Assembly (NCBI GenBank): GCA_963776915.1 | Contig: CAVZPE010000008.1 | Span: 321,780-385,779, forward strand | Direction: 5' to 3' | Length of the DNA stretch: 64,000 nt | From: an uncultured Acidobacteriota bacterium | GTDB lineage: Bacteria; Acidobacteriota; Thermoanaerobaculia; UBA5066 | Shown here: piece by piece, positions 51,783 to 60,111 of the stretch | Layout: each line of letters begins with the position of its first letter | How positions within the stretch are numbered: the first letter of the stretch is position 1 | The notes under the pieces: generated by a model | What the model saw: the letters and a program-made list of their open reading frames with translations, nothing else | What the model was told of the DNA's origin: nothing | Database searches by the model: none | Made by a program: the position numbers and the translations under genes

Positions 51783-53355
51783 GCCTGACCGGTGCGAGGG
51801 GTCCGAGCGTGCCCACCGGCTCGTGCGCGGGGACGGCCTGCGCGGGATCCGTCCTGACGATCACGTCCGCGTAGGCGCCGAGGCCGTGGGCCTGGAGACC
51901 GACGGCGCCGCTCGCGAACGTGCCGTCGCGCGTGACGAGGACCTCGTCGCCGTCGACCGAGACGGCGATGCGGTCGCCCGAGCCGCTCAGCCCGAGGCGC
52001 ACCGGGACCGCCTTCGGGTCGCGGCCGGAGGAGGTGATGAGGTTCAGCCCGCTCCTCGCGCAGAAGAGGCCCACGAGGCCGTTGGACTCGATGTACGCGA
52101 GGTATCCGCTCCGCGATCCGCCGTCGCCGGGCGCCTGCGCCCGGCCCGTGAGTCCGATCCAGCTCGAGGGGCTCCCGAGATCGTCCGTGATCCTCACGCT
52201 GCTCGAGATCTCGAAATCGTTGACGACGAGACCCTGCACGTTCGCCCTGAAGTCCCTCACCGCGTTCACGAGACGTCCTCCGGACACCGAGCCGCCGCCG
52301 TCCGGCAGGAGCCAGCGCCAGAGGACGTCGCTCCAGGGGCCGTCGAAGCGGTCGCGGAAGGCGGGCGGCACCGGGCCGAGGTCGGCGAGCCGGTCCGCGA
52401 GCGTGTTCGCCCCGGGCTTCCACGACCCGTCCGAGCGCAGGAGGCCGAGGGCGGGGGTCACGCACCCGACGCAGTCGATCAGCTCGTAGTCGAAGAGGGC
52501 GGCCACGCGGGAGCGCGGGAGGAAGAGCTGGTAGACGCGCAGGACGTCGTTTCCGCCCCCCGAGTCGCCGCCGCCGTGGAAGCCGAACTCCGTGATCCAG
52601 ACGTCGCGCGAGGCGAGGACGCTGCGGTCGATCCAGTAGAGGAGCGACCGGTGGAACGTGTCGCCGTCGAAGAACTTGTGGAGGATCCCGTCGGGCCCGG
52701 TCAGGGACCCCTCCTCGTAGACGTGCTGGCTCACGATGTCGACGAGGCCCGCGGCGTTGCGCTGGGCGATCGCGTCGAAGAACGCGGCGGGCGGGCGCGG
52801 GGCGCCCCACGAGCCGGAGAGCTCGGGCGCGGCGATCTTCGCGAAGGGATCCGCCTCGCGGATCGCCGTCGCGGCCGGGATCAGGAGCGAGTCGACGTAC
52901 GAGAGGGGCTCGCCCTGGAAGAACTTCGGATCGTCCGGCTCGTTCCCGATCGCGTAGACGGCGATCGCGCCCCGGTAGCGCGTCGCGACCGCCTTCGCGA
53001 AGCGTCCGAAATAGCCCTCCTGCGGGACGCACGAGCCCTCGACCGGCGGCACTCCCATCCGGCAGGCCCACGCCGGCGTCGAGCCGAGGCCCGCGTAGAT
53101 CGCGAGGCCGCGCGACCGGTACGACTGGACCATGCGGTCGAGGTCGTCCCAGGAATACACGCCGTTCGCGATCTCGACCGACCTCCAGAAGACGTCCATG
53201 CGGACGAAATTCATGTGCATCGCCGGGACGGCGTCGACCTCCGGACCGGTCGCCGAGTGGAGGTTCACGCCGCGGAAGCGGGTCTCGGCCACGGCGGGCG
53301 GCGCGGCCAGAGAGGCAGCGAGCAGGAGGGCGGAGGCCAGGACGCGGCGGGACAT
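51769..53355 (-). CDS. secreted glycoside hydrolase, GH5-like TIM barrel plus C-terminal lectin/LamG-like domain
   Basis: A signal peptide is present. FRGVNLH, the acid/base context YAIGNEPD, and the nucleophile context VWITEFGF identify the barrel. The C-terminal ~170 aa is a beta-sandwich-like region (..GYLAYIESNGLVGLF...AVGLQAHG). Confidence 0.75.
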   Translation of the reverse strand: MSRRVLASALLLAASLAAPPAVAETRFRGVNLHSATGPEVDAVPAMHMNFVRMDVFWRSVEIANGVYSWDDLDRMVQSYRSRGLAIYAGLGSTPAWACRMGVPPVEGSCVPQEGYFGRFAKAVATRYRGAIAVYAIGNEPDDPKFFQGEPLSYVDSLLIPAATAIREADPFAKIAAPELSGSWGAPRPPAAFFDAIAQRNAAGLVDIVSQHVYEEGSLTGPDGILHKFFDGDTFHRSLLYWIDRSVLASRDVWITEFGFHGGGDSGGGNDVLRVYQLFLPRSRVAALFDYELIDCVGCVTPALGLLRSDGSWKPGANTLADRLADLGPVPPAFRDRFDGPWSDVLWRWLLPDGGGSVSGGRLVNAVRDFRANVQGLVVNDFEISSSVRITDDLGSPSSWIGLTGRAQAPGDGGSRSGYLAYIESNGLVGLFCARSGLNLITSSGRDPKAVPVRLGLSGSGDRIAVSVDGDEVLVTRDGTFASGAVGLQAHGLGAYADVIVRTDPAQAVPAHEPVGTLGPLAPVRRARP

Positions 53356-53375
53356 CGGAAGCGCGGAAACTTACT

Positions 53376-54156
53376 TCATTTCATCGCGGCGCGCACGTCG
53401 GCGAGATACCGGTCGAACGACTCGACCCGGATCAGGCCGATGCGCGGGTACTCGAAGTCGGCGATCACGTAGAGGATGAACGCGACCCCGACGGCGTAGG
53501 CCATGACGTGCAGCCAGCTGCGCGTCGTGCTCGCGCCCATCTCGTAACCGGCGAGGAGCGCGCACCCGAAGGAGACGACGAAGAGGACGCCGTACACGAT
53601 CATCGGCGGGTGCATGTCCGTGGCGGCGAGCCGGGTCGTCGTGATGTCGATCATCGCGTTGAGGGCCGGGAGAAGGACGATCGTGGCCTGCGACGGGGCT
53701 TCGCGGCACGCCGCGACCGCGCCCGCCCAGATCTCGTTCTGGATCGCGACCGGCCCTGGCGTACTCGGCGCGGGCGCCGTCGAAGTCGAGGTCGGCGATT
53801 TTCTTGTACATGAGGATGCGCGAGTCCGTGTAGCGCCGGAACGCGTCGCGCAGCGGCGGCTGGAAGGCGGGCGGCAGGAGGTCGAGCCTCAGCCACGCCG
53901 TTCCGATGTCGTTCGCCTCCTCGACGACGAGCGCGCGGCGCGCGTCGAAGCGGGACGCGGCGCCCGAGAACGTGAACGCGAGGAGGAGTCCGAGGACGCC
54001 GAACGCGACGGTTTCGACGGTGCCGAGCCCGGCGGGCCGGTGCGCGTCGGGTCCGGAGAGAGCACGGCGCCCGACCCGGATGCCCGTCTCGAGGCAGCCG
54101 AGGGTGACGAGGAAGGCGGTGCCGAAGAAGAGGAGGGCTCCCAAGGTGTGGCTCAT
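53376..54156 (-). CDS. DUF4239 domain membrane protein (one frameshift near 53751)
   Basis: MSHTLGALLFFGTAFLVTLGCLETGIRVGRR...EEANDIGTAWLRLDLLP is joined to ..VAIQNEIWAGAVAACREAP..MIDITTTRLAATDMHPPMIVYGVLFVV. The ATG at 54156 overlaps the upstream stop (ATGA). Confidence 0.7.
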
Positions 54157-54791
54157 GGTACGAGAATACCGGGGACGGGCAAAACGGTCCCACGCGTCCG
54201 GAGCGTCCAGCCGAGGAGGAGGAGGCCGATCGCGGCGATCCAGCTGCCGGCCACGCGCACCGCGATGCGCGCCCACGGAGCCCTCAGCGAGACGACGAGC
54301 GCCGAGGCGAGAGCCACGAGGACGAACGCCACGGCGGCGATGCCGAGAAGCCCGAGGGCGCCCGGTCCGCTTCCCGCGAGCGCGGGTCCGTTCCAGAAGC
54401 CGTGGACGAGTCCGAGGCCGGCGGCGAGCGCCGCGACGGCTCCGTCGGCGAGCCTGATGTCGGCGGCGACGAGGAGGCCGAGCAGGATGAAAGAGAGCGC
54501 GGGGAGGGGCGCCGTCGCCGCGGCGCCGGCCGCGAGGCCGAGGAGGCCGCCGGCCAGCCACGCGACCGGCAGGACGAACAGGGCGAGGCGGCCCGCGCGC
54601 GCGCCGCGCAGGCCCGCGTAGAGCGCGAGCGCGACGATCGGCACGAGGTCCTCGGGCGTCAGGAGGAGGTGGCCGATCCCGTCGTAGACCGGCCCGAGGC
54701 CGGTCGTGACGAGGTGCGCGTCGGCGCGCGCCGGGATCAGGAGAGCGGCGAGGAGCGCGAGCGTTCCCGCGCCCGGCGCACGCGTCCTCAT
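54153..54791 (-). CDS. HupE/UreJ family metal (Ni/Co-type) transporter-like protein
   Basis: Signal peptide ending ARADAH, then HLVTTGLGPVYDGIGHLLLTPEDL with 5-6 TM helices. There is an ATGA overlap with both neighbours. Confidence 0.8.
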   Translation of the reverse strand: MRTRAPGAGTLALLAALLIPARADAHLVTTGLGPVYDGIGHLLLTPEDLVPIVALALYAGLRGARAGRLALFVLPVAWLAGGLLGLAAGAAATAPLPALSFILLGLLVAADIRLADGAVAALAAGLGLVHGFWNGPALAGSGPGALGLLGIAAVAFVLVALASALVVSLRAPWARIAVRVAGSWIAAIGLLLLGWTLRTRGTVLPVPGILVP

Positions 54792-55393
54792 CGAATCGCC
54801 TTCCAGAGAAATCCGAATCCGGCGATCGTCACCAGCGTGCCCGCAACACGAAGCGCGATGCGTCCCCACGTCCAGCGGTGGACGAGTCCGATCCCGATCC
54901 CCGTCAGGTGGAGGAGGCCCGTCGCGACGACGAAACCGATGCTGTAGAGGATCCCGCTCTGTCCGGGCGGCAGCTCGGTGCCGTGCGCGTGTCCGTGGAA
55001 GATCGCGAAGAAGCCCACGAGCGCGGCCGCGACGGGGAGAGGCGGACGCGCCTCGCGCGCGACCGCGAGCCCGAGGAGGATCGCCGAGAGCGCGATCGCG
55101 ATCTCGACGCCCGGCAGGGGGATCCCCGCGAGGCCCAGAAACCCGCCGAACGCCATGACCATCGGGAAGACGACGGGCAGGAGCCAGATGGCGGGCGCGC
55201 CGAGCTGCGCGCCCCACAGGCCGACGGACACCATCGCGAGGACGTGGTCGAGGCCCGAGACCGGGTGGCGGAATCCCGAGAGGAAGCCGCCCGCCTCGCC
55301 GGCCTGGATGTGCGCGCGCGCGGGCGCCATCGCGAGCGCCAGGACGAGAAGCGCGATGAGCCCCTCGGGCGACGGCCGGCGGCGCGGGATCAT
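54788..55393 (-). CDS. HupE/UreJ family protein
   Basis: ARAHIQAGEAGGFLSGFRHPVSGLDHVLAMVSVGLWGAQLG...FFAIFHGHAHGTE is the canonical HupE/UreJ H-x-x-x-G-x-D-H and HGxAHG signature. Confidence 0.85.
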   Translation of the reverse strand: MIPRRRPSPEGLIALLVLALAMAPARAHIQAGEAGGFLSGFRHPVSGLDHVLAMVSVGLWGAQLGAPAIWLLPVVFPMVMAFGGFLGLAGIPLPGVEIAIALSAILLGLAVAREARPPLPVAAALVGFFAIFHGHAHGTELPPGQSGILYSIGFVVATGLLHLTGIGIGLVHRWTWGRIALRVAGTLVTIAGFGFLWKAIR

Positions 55394-56409
55394 CGCGTCC
55401 CCGCCAGCAGGATCATGGTCCGCTGGATCGTCCAGTACGCGCCCAGGGAGCCCACGGTGTAGCCCGGGAGGGCCTCGGCCCAGCGCGGCCAGCGGATCGC
55501 GAGCGTCCGGAAGGAGCGCTCGAGGAGGAGGATGACCGCGACGAAGAACATCTGGCCGATCTCCACGCCGACGTTGAAGAGCAGGAGAGCGAGCGGGATC
55601 TCCGCCTTCGGGAGGCCCATCGCCGCGAGGCCGCTCGCGAAGCCGAAACCGTGAAGGAGGCCGAACGCGAAGGCGACGACCCACGGGTGGCGGATCGTGA
55701 AGCTCGTCTCGCCGCGCCAGACCCTCACGATCTCGGGGCCGAGGAAGAGGATCGAGAGCGCGATCGCCGCGTTGAGGGGCGGGAGGGGCGCGGACGCGAA
55801 GCCGAGAGTCGCGACGGCGAGCGTGAGGCTGTGCGCGAGCGTGAAGGACGTGATCGTCTTCAGGAGCATCCAGCGGTCGGACACGATGAGGAGGAGGCCG
55901 AGCACGAAGAGGAGGTGGTCGACGCCCATGAGGATGTGCTCGATCCCGAGCTTCAGGTACGACGCCGCGCGCTGGGCGCCGGTCGTCGCCGCCCCGAGCG
56001 TGACGGACGGGTTCGCGGGGCCGAGGAGACGGCTCTCGACGACGCCGTCCGCGCGCTTGACGCGCACGAGGACGTCCGTCGCCGTCGACTCGAGGCCGGC
56101 GATCGCGATCGTCCTGCCGGCGAGGCCGCCCTCGCAGCGCAGCGTTCCGCGCACGAGGATCGCCCCCGGCGTGAGCTGCTGGCGGTCGGGCGTGGCGAGC
56201 GTGCAGCCCGGCGGGAGGACCGGCGCGATCCGGAGCTCCACCTCGCCGCCGGCCGGCGCCTTCCAGAGGAAGGCGTAGACGCCGGGAGCCTTCTCTTCCA
56301 TCTCGAGAAAGCCGGGGCGCAGCTCGTGGGCCCGCGCGGGCGCGGCGGCGAGCGCGAGGACGGCGACGACGAGGGCCGTCCCGGCGCGTCGCGCGGGCCG
56401 CCGTCTCAC
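55390..56409 (-). CDS. HupE/UreJ_2-type protein with N-terminal periplasmic domain
   Basis: The GTG at 56409 overlaps the upstream stop (GTGA). A signal peptide and a ~130-aa beta-rich domain come first. Then GIEHILMGVDHLLFVLGLLL...AHSLTLA...LLHGFGFASGL...NVGVEIGQ. Confidence 0.8.
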   Translation of the reverse strand: MRRRPARRAGTALVVAVLALAAAPARAHELRPGFLEMEEKAPGVYAFLWKAPAGGEVELRIAPVLPPGCTLATPDRQQLTPGAILVRGTLRCEGGLAGRTIAIAGLESTATDVLVRVKRADGVVESRLLGPANPSVTLGAATTGAQRAASYLKLGIEHILMGVDHLLFVLGLLLIVSDRWMLLKTITSFTLAHSLTLAVATLGFASAPLPPLNAAIALSILFLGPEIVRVWRGETSFTIRHPWVVAFAFGLLHGFGFASGLAAMGLPKAEIPLALLLFNVGVEIGQMFFVAVILLLERSFRTLAIRWPRWAEALPGYTVGSLGAYWTIQRTMILLAGTR

Positions 56410-57242
56410 CTCTTCTCCGGCGCCGTCTCGATCACGACGGTCGACTTCGCGAGGAGGCGCGCATAGAGCGCGTCGAGCTCGCGCTTCCGCCGGTCGGCCG
56501 TGACGTCGCGCTCGACCGCGGACCGCACGTCGGCGAGGGCGGGCGTGCGCGCGGGGGCCTTTTCGGTGACGAGGACGGCGTGGACGCCGAAGGCCGAGGG
56601 AATCGGAGCCGCCCAGTGTCCGGGCGGGAGCCTGACGACGGCCTCGGCGAAGTCGCTCCCGAAGACGCGGGCGATCTCGCTCCTCGGCGAGAGCGGCATC
56701 TCGGGCGGCAGGAGGAGGCTGTCGCCGGCGGGCTCCGCGGCGCCGCCCTTCTTCTCGAGCGCGGCCGCGAGAGCCCGCGCGGCCTCCTCGGCGCGCGCGG
56801 GACCGCCGCGCTTTTCCGGCGTCAGGCAGACCTGCCGGAGGGCCACGCGCTCCTCGACGCGGTAGGAGTCGGGGTGGGCCGCGAGCCACGCCGCGAGCTC
56901 CGCGTCGGTCGGCGGCGAGGCGTCCACGCGGTCCTCGGCGATGAAGTCGACCTTCTGCTTGAGGCGCCGGCGGATGATCGTGTCGTCCCGGTCGAGGCCG
57001 GTCGCCATCGCCTCGTGGACGGCGGCCTCCTCGCGCACGTACTCGTCGATCAGCCCCTTCAGCTCCGGGGCGGTCGGGGGCCGCTGCCACGTGCGCTGGA
57101 AGCCGGCGGCGAGGGACTCGATCCGCGCCCGCGTCACGACGATCCGGCTGGTCGCGCCGCCTCCCTTCCACGCGAAGACGAGGAAAAGCGCGGCTCCGAG
57201 CGCGAGGAAATGGACGAGCGGCTCCCGGAGAATGCGCTTCAC
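56406..57242 (-). CDS. membrane-anchored parvulin-type peptidyl-prolyl isomerase (PpiC/SurA-like)
   Basis: The likely start is the GTG at 57242 (VKRILREPLVHFLALGAALFLVF, an N-terminal anchor typical of this family); the track ORF extends to 57302. The C-terminal parvulin-like segment reads GHWAAPIPSAFGVHAVLV. Confidence 0.75.
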   Translation of the reverse strand: MKRILREPLVHFLALGAALFLVFAWKGGGATSRIVVTRARIESLAAGFQRTWQRPPTAPELKGLIDEYVREEAAVHEAMATGLDRDDTIIRRRLKQKVDFIAEDRVDASPPTDAELAAWLAAHPDSYRVEERVALRQVCLTPEKRGGPARAEEAARALAAALEKKGGAAEPAGDSLLLPPEMPLSPRSEIARVFGSDFAEAVVRLPPGHWAAPIPSAFGVHAVLVTEKAPARTPALADVRSAVERDVTADRRKRELDALYARLLAKSTVVIETAPEKR

Positions 57243-57344
57243 GCCCGGGGCGTATACCAGAAATCGAGGCGCTCCGACGAGCGCCGCCGGGGCCGCCTCC
57301 ATGACGACTCCTACGAAGGCGGCGCGCTCGCCGGATCAGGAGGG

Positions 57345-57401
57345 GAAGTCCGCGCGCGTGACGTCGGGATGCCGACGTCGAGGACGGACTTCACGCGCGC
57401 G
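57345..57401 (-). terminator. GC-rich nested hairpin between two minus-strand genes (candidate terminator or attenuator, no U-tract)
   Basis: The outer 9-11 bp stem is CGCGCGCGT(GA) 57351-57361 with (TC)ACGCGCGCG 57391-57401. The inner 8-bp stem is GACGTCGG 57360-57367 with CCGACGTC 57372-57379. A competing pair is GAAGTCC 57345-57351 with GGACTTC 57386-57392. Direct GCCGGATC repeats flank the structure. Confidence 0.35.
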
Positions 57402-57430
57402 GGCCGGATCGGAGCCGGGGAGCTACTTCT

Positions 57431-57973
57431 TCACTTCTTCGCGATGCCCTTCAGCCAGATCGTCTCGGTGGACGAGTCCTCAGTCGTGAGGGCGCCGTCG
57501 TCGCGCAGCTTGATCTTCGCCGCCGGCGTGATTTCGCCGTCCCCCTTGCCGTCCGCGTCGAGGATGAGGACGGCGAGCGTGAGGTCGTAACCGGGCTTGG
57601 GCTGCATCCCCGAGAAGTCCGACTTGAGCGCCGCCAGCGGCTCCGCGGCGACGACGGTCAGGAGCCGGCCCGAGCCCATGGAGCGGGCGAACACGTATTT
57701 CACCTTGACCGTTTTCTTGCCGGCCTCGATGACGCCGATGTCCTTCATGCCGAGGAGGACCTTGCGTGCGGCTTCGTGGCCTCCGCTCTTCAGCGCGGCG
57801 GCGAGCGCGTCGCGCTCGGCAGGCGTCGAGAGGCCCGTGTAGGAGATCGTGACCGGCGCCTTGAGCACGCTGCCGCCGGCGCTCTTCGCCTCGGCGGTGG
57901 CGGTGAACGTCTCGGCGGCGGAGGCGGAGCCGGCGAACGCCAGGGTGAGGAGGGCTGCGGAGAGAATCTTCAT
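57431..57973 (-). CDS. secreted hypothetical protein
   Basis: 180 aa with signal peptide MKILSAALLTLAFAGSASA and good G/C third-position bias. No motif recognised. Confidence 0.6.
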   Translation of the reverse strand: MKILSAALLTLAFAGSASAAETFTATAEAKSAGGSVLKAPVTISYTGLSTPAERDALAAALKSGGHEAARKVLLGMKDIGVIEAGKKTVKVKYVFARSMGSGRLLTVVAAEPLAALKSDFSGMQPKPGYDLTLAVLILDADGKGDGEITPAAKIKLRDDGALTTEDSSTETIWLKGIAKK

Positions 57974-57989
57974 GATGTGCGTCCCGGCC

Positions 57990-58517
57990 TTACTTCTTGG
58001 CGGGCGGGAAGTTCTGGAAGAGCTGCTGCGCGACGTCGCGCAGCTTCTTCTCGCGCTCTTCGGGCGTGGCCTGCGTGTTGAGCGTGTCGCTCGCGATGCC
58101 GCGCCAGACCATGTCCTTCTTCTTGCCGTCGACGAGGTCCACGATCAGCGTGCCGACCGGGATCTCCGAGACCGTGGAGGTCTGCATCCCCATGCCGCCG
58201 TACCACCCGTAGCCGTAGCCCCAGCCCGAGTTGTACGTGTTGATCTGCGTCTGCTTCGAGAGCCGGCCGTGCACGACGAGCCACACGTCCCCGCCGCTGT
58301 CCACCTTCTTGAGTCCCTTGGCGGCCAGCGTGTCCGAGAGGACGTTCTCGAGCCGCTTGGCGAGGATGTCGTCCTTGATGTCGCCGGTGTCGTGCCAGCT
58401 GAAGGTCTTGTACTGGGTGAAGTCGACGGACTTGTCGAAGTCGGTCGAGACCTGGAGAGTCGAGCAGGCCGCTCCGGCCAGGGCCGCCGCGAGCGCCGCG
58501 ATGAGAATGCGTTTCAT
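57990..58517 (-). CDS. DUF4136 domain lipoprotein
   Basis: The ATG at 58517 follows AAGGAG. The lipobox is LAGAAC. DFTQYKTFSW...VWLVVHG...GTLIVDLVD...MVWRG is typical of DUF4136. Confidence 0.8.
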   Translation of the reverse strand: MKRILIAALAAALAGAACSTLQVSTDFDKSVDFTQYKTFSWHDTGDIKDDILAKRLENVLSDTLAAKGLKKVDSGGDVWLVVHGRLSKQTQINTYNSGWGYGYGWYGGMGMQTSTVSEIPVGTLIVDLVDGKKKDMVWRGIASDTLNTQATPEEREKKLRDVAQQLFQNFPPAKK

Positions 58518-58595
58518 TTTAGGAACTCCTTTGTCGTGACTGAACACGCGCGGATCTTATTACGCGAGGCGCCGTTCCGGGCGCGGAGCAGCCGC

Positions 58596-60029
58596 TCAGG
58601 GCTCGTCCTCGAAGGCCTTCTCCTCGGCCGGCAGCGCGACCGACCCGAAAAGGACGTGCTTCACGGTCCCGAACGCCGACTCGAGGAGGAGGGACGGGAC
58701 GGCTTCCTTCGCGAGCCCCTCGATCCTCCGCTTCAGCTCCGCCACCTTCTCCGGGTTCTTCGCGGCGAGGTCGGAGCTCTCGGACGGGTCCTTCGCGACG
58801 TCGAAGAGCTCGATCTTCGACGGCAGGGTGGCCTGCCAGACGAGCTTCCAGTCGCCCTCGCGCAGCGCGGCGCGGAAGGCCTCGATGCCGTAGACGACCT
58901 CGTGGCGCGGTGACGGCTTTCCGTCCGCGATCGCGGGCCAGACGTTCATCCCGTCGAGCGGCTTGCATTTCGCGAGCGACGCGCCCGCGAGGCCGGCGAG
59001 CGTCGGGTACATGTCGACGACGTGGATCGGGCCGTCGACGACCGTTCCCGCCTTGACCCGGCCCGGCGCGTTCAGGAGCGCGACGACGCGCGTCCCGCCC
59101 TCGTAGTACGAGCCCTTGCCGTCGCGGTACGGGCCGTTGTCGGCCGGAATCGTGCTCCTGGACATGTCGATCTCGCCGGTGAACTTCGCCGAGCGCGGCC
59201 CGCCGTTGTCGCTCCCGAAGAAGACGATCGTGTTCTGGCGCATCCCCTTCTTCTCGAGGGCCGCGAGGACCTTCCCGATCTCGTCGTCCATCGCGGTCGT
59301 CATCGCGGCGTAGGCGCGCCGGGCGGGATCCTCGACGTGCGCGTACCGGTCGAGGTACTCCTTCGGGGCCTGGTAGGGCGCGTGCGGGGCCGTGAACGCG
59401 AGGTAGAGGAAGAGCGGCACCTTCGGGTCGTGGCGCTCGATCAGCCGCACCGCGTCGCGGCCGAGGAGCTGCGTGACGTAGCCCTCCTCCTGCACCGGCT
59501 TGTTGTCGCGGTACCAGTCCCGTGTCCCGTGCGCCGCGTGCGTGAAGTAGTCGATCTCGCCGAGGAGCGGGCCGTACTGGTGGTCGAAGCCGCGCTGGCG
59601 CGGCCAGTACTTGCGGTCGGCGTGCCCGAGGTGCCACTTGCCGACGATGGCCGTCTCGTATCCTGCCGCCTTCAGGGCCTGAGGGAGGAGCCACTCGTCC
59701 GTCGCGAGGCCGTACGTTCCGGCCGACGGGATCACGAGGGTCTGAAGGCCGTACCGGAACGGGTACCGACCGGTCATGAGCGCCGCCCGCGACGGCGTGC
59801 ACATCGGCTGCGCGTAGAACTGCTCGAGCCGCGCGCCCTCCTTCGCGAGCGTGTCGATCGTCGGCGTCCTGATGTCGGAGCCATGGAAGCCCACGTCCTT
59901 CCAGCCGAGGTCGTCCGCGAGGATGTAGACGATGTTGGGGCGGGCAGGCGCCGGCTGGGCCTTCGCCGCCCCGGCGAGAAGGGCGGTCCCGGCCGTCAGC
60001 ACGGCGGCCGTGGCGAATCGTCTTCTCAT
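58596..60029 (-). CDS. arylsulfatase (formylglycine-dependent sulfatase family) with signal peptide
   Basis: The ATG at 60029 follows AGGAGG. NIVYILADDLGW. The sulfatase signature CTPSRAALMTGR (C-x-P-S-R) and GKWHLG are present. Confidence 0.9.
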   Translation of the reverse strand: MRRRFATAAVLTAGTALLAGAAKAQPAPARPNIVYILADDLGWKDVGFHGSDIRTPTIDTLAKEGARLEQFYAQPMCTPSRAALMTGRYPFRYGLQTLVIPSAGTYGLATDEWLLPQALKAAGYETAIVGKWHLGHADRKYWPRQRGFDHQYGPLLGEIDYFTHAAHGTRDWYRDNKPVQEEGYVTQLLGRDAVRLIERHDPKVPLFLYLAFTAPHAPYQAPKEYLDRYAHVEDPARRAYAAMTTAMDDEIGKVLAALEKKGMRQNTIVFFGSDNGGPRSAKFTGEIDMSRSTIPADNGPYRDGKGSYYEGGTRVVALLNAPGRVKAGTVVDGPIHVVDMYPTLAGLAGASLAKCKPLDGMNVWPAIADGKPSPRHEVVYGIEAFRAALREGDWKLVWQATLPSKIELFDVAKDPSESSDLAAKNPEKVAELKRRIEGLAKEAVPSLLLESAFGTVKHVLFGSVALPAEEKAFEDEP

Positions 60030-60111
60030 GGCGCTCCTCCTGTGAATCGACGCCGGATCCGGCATGTCGAAGGTGGATTGCGTCTCAATGGTAAGCGAGG
60101 GGGACGCCGCG

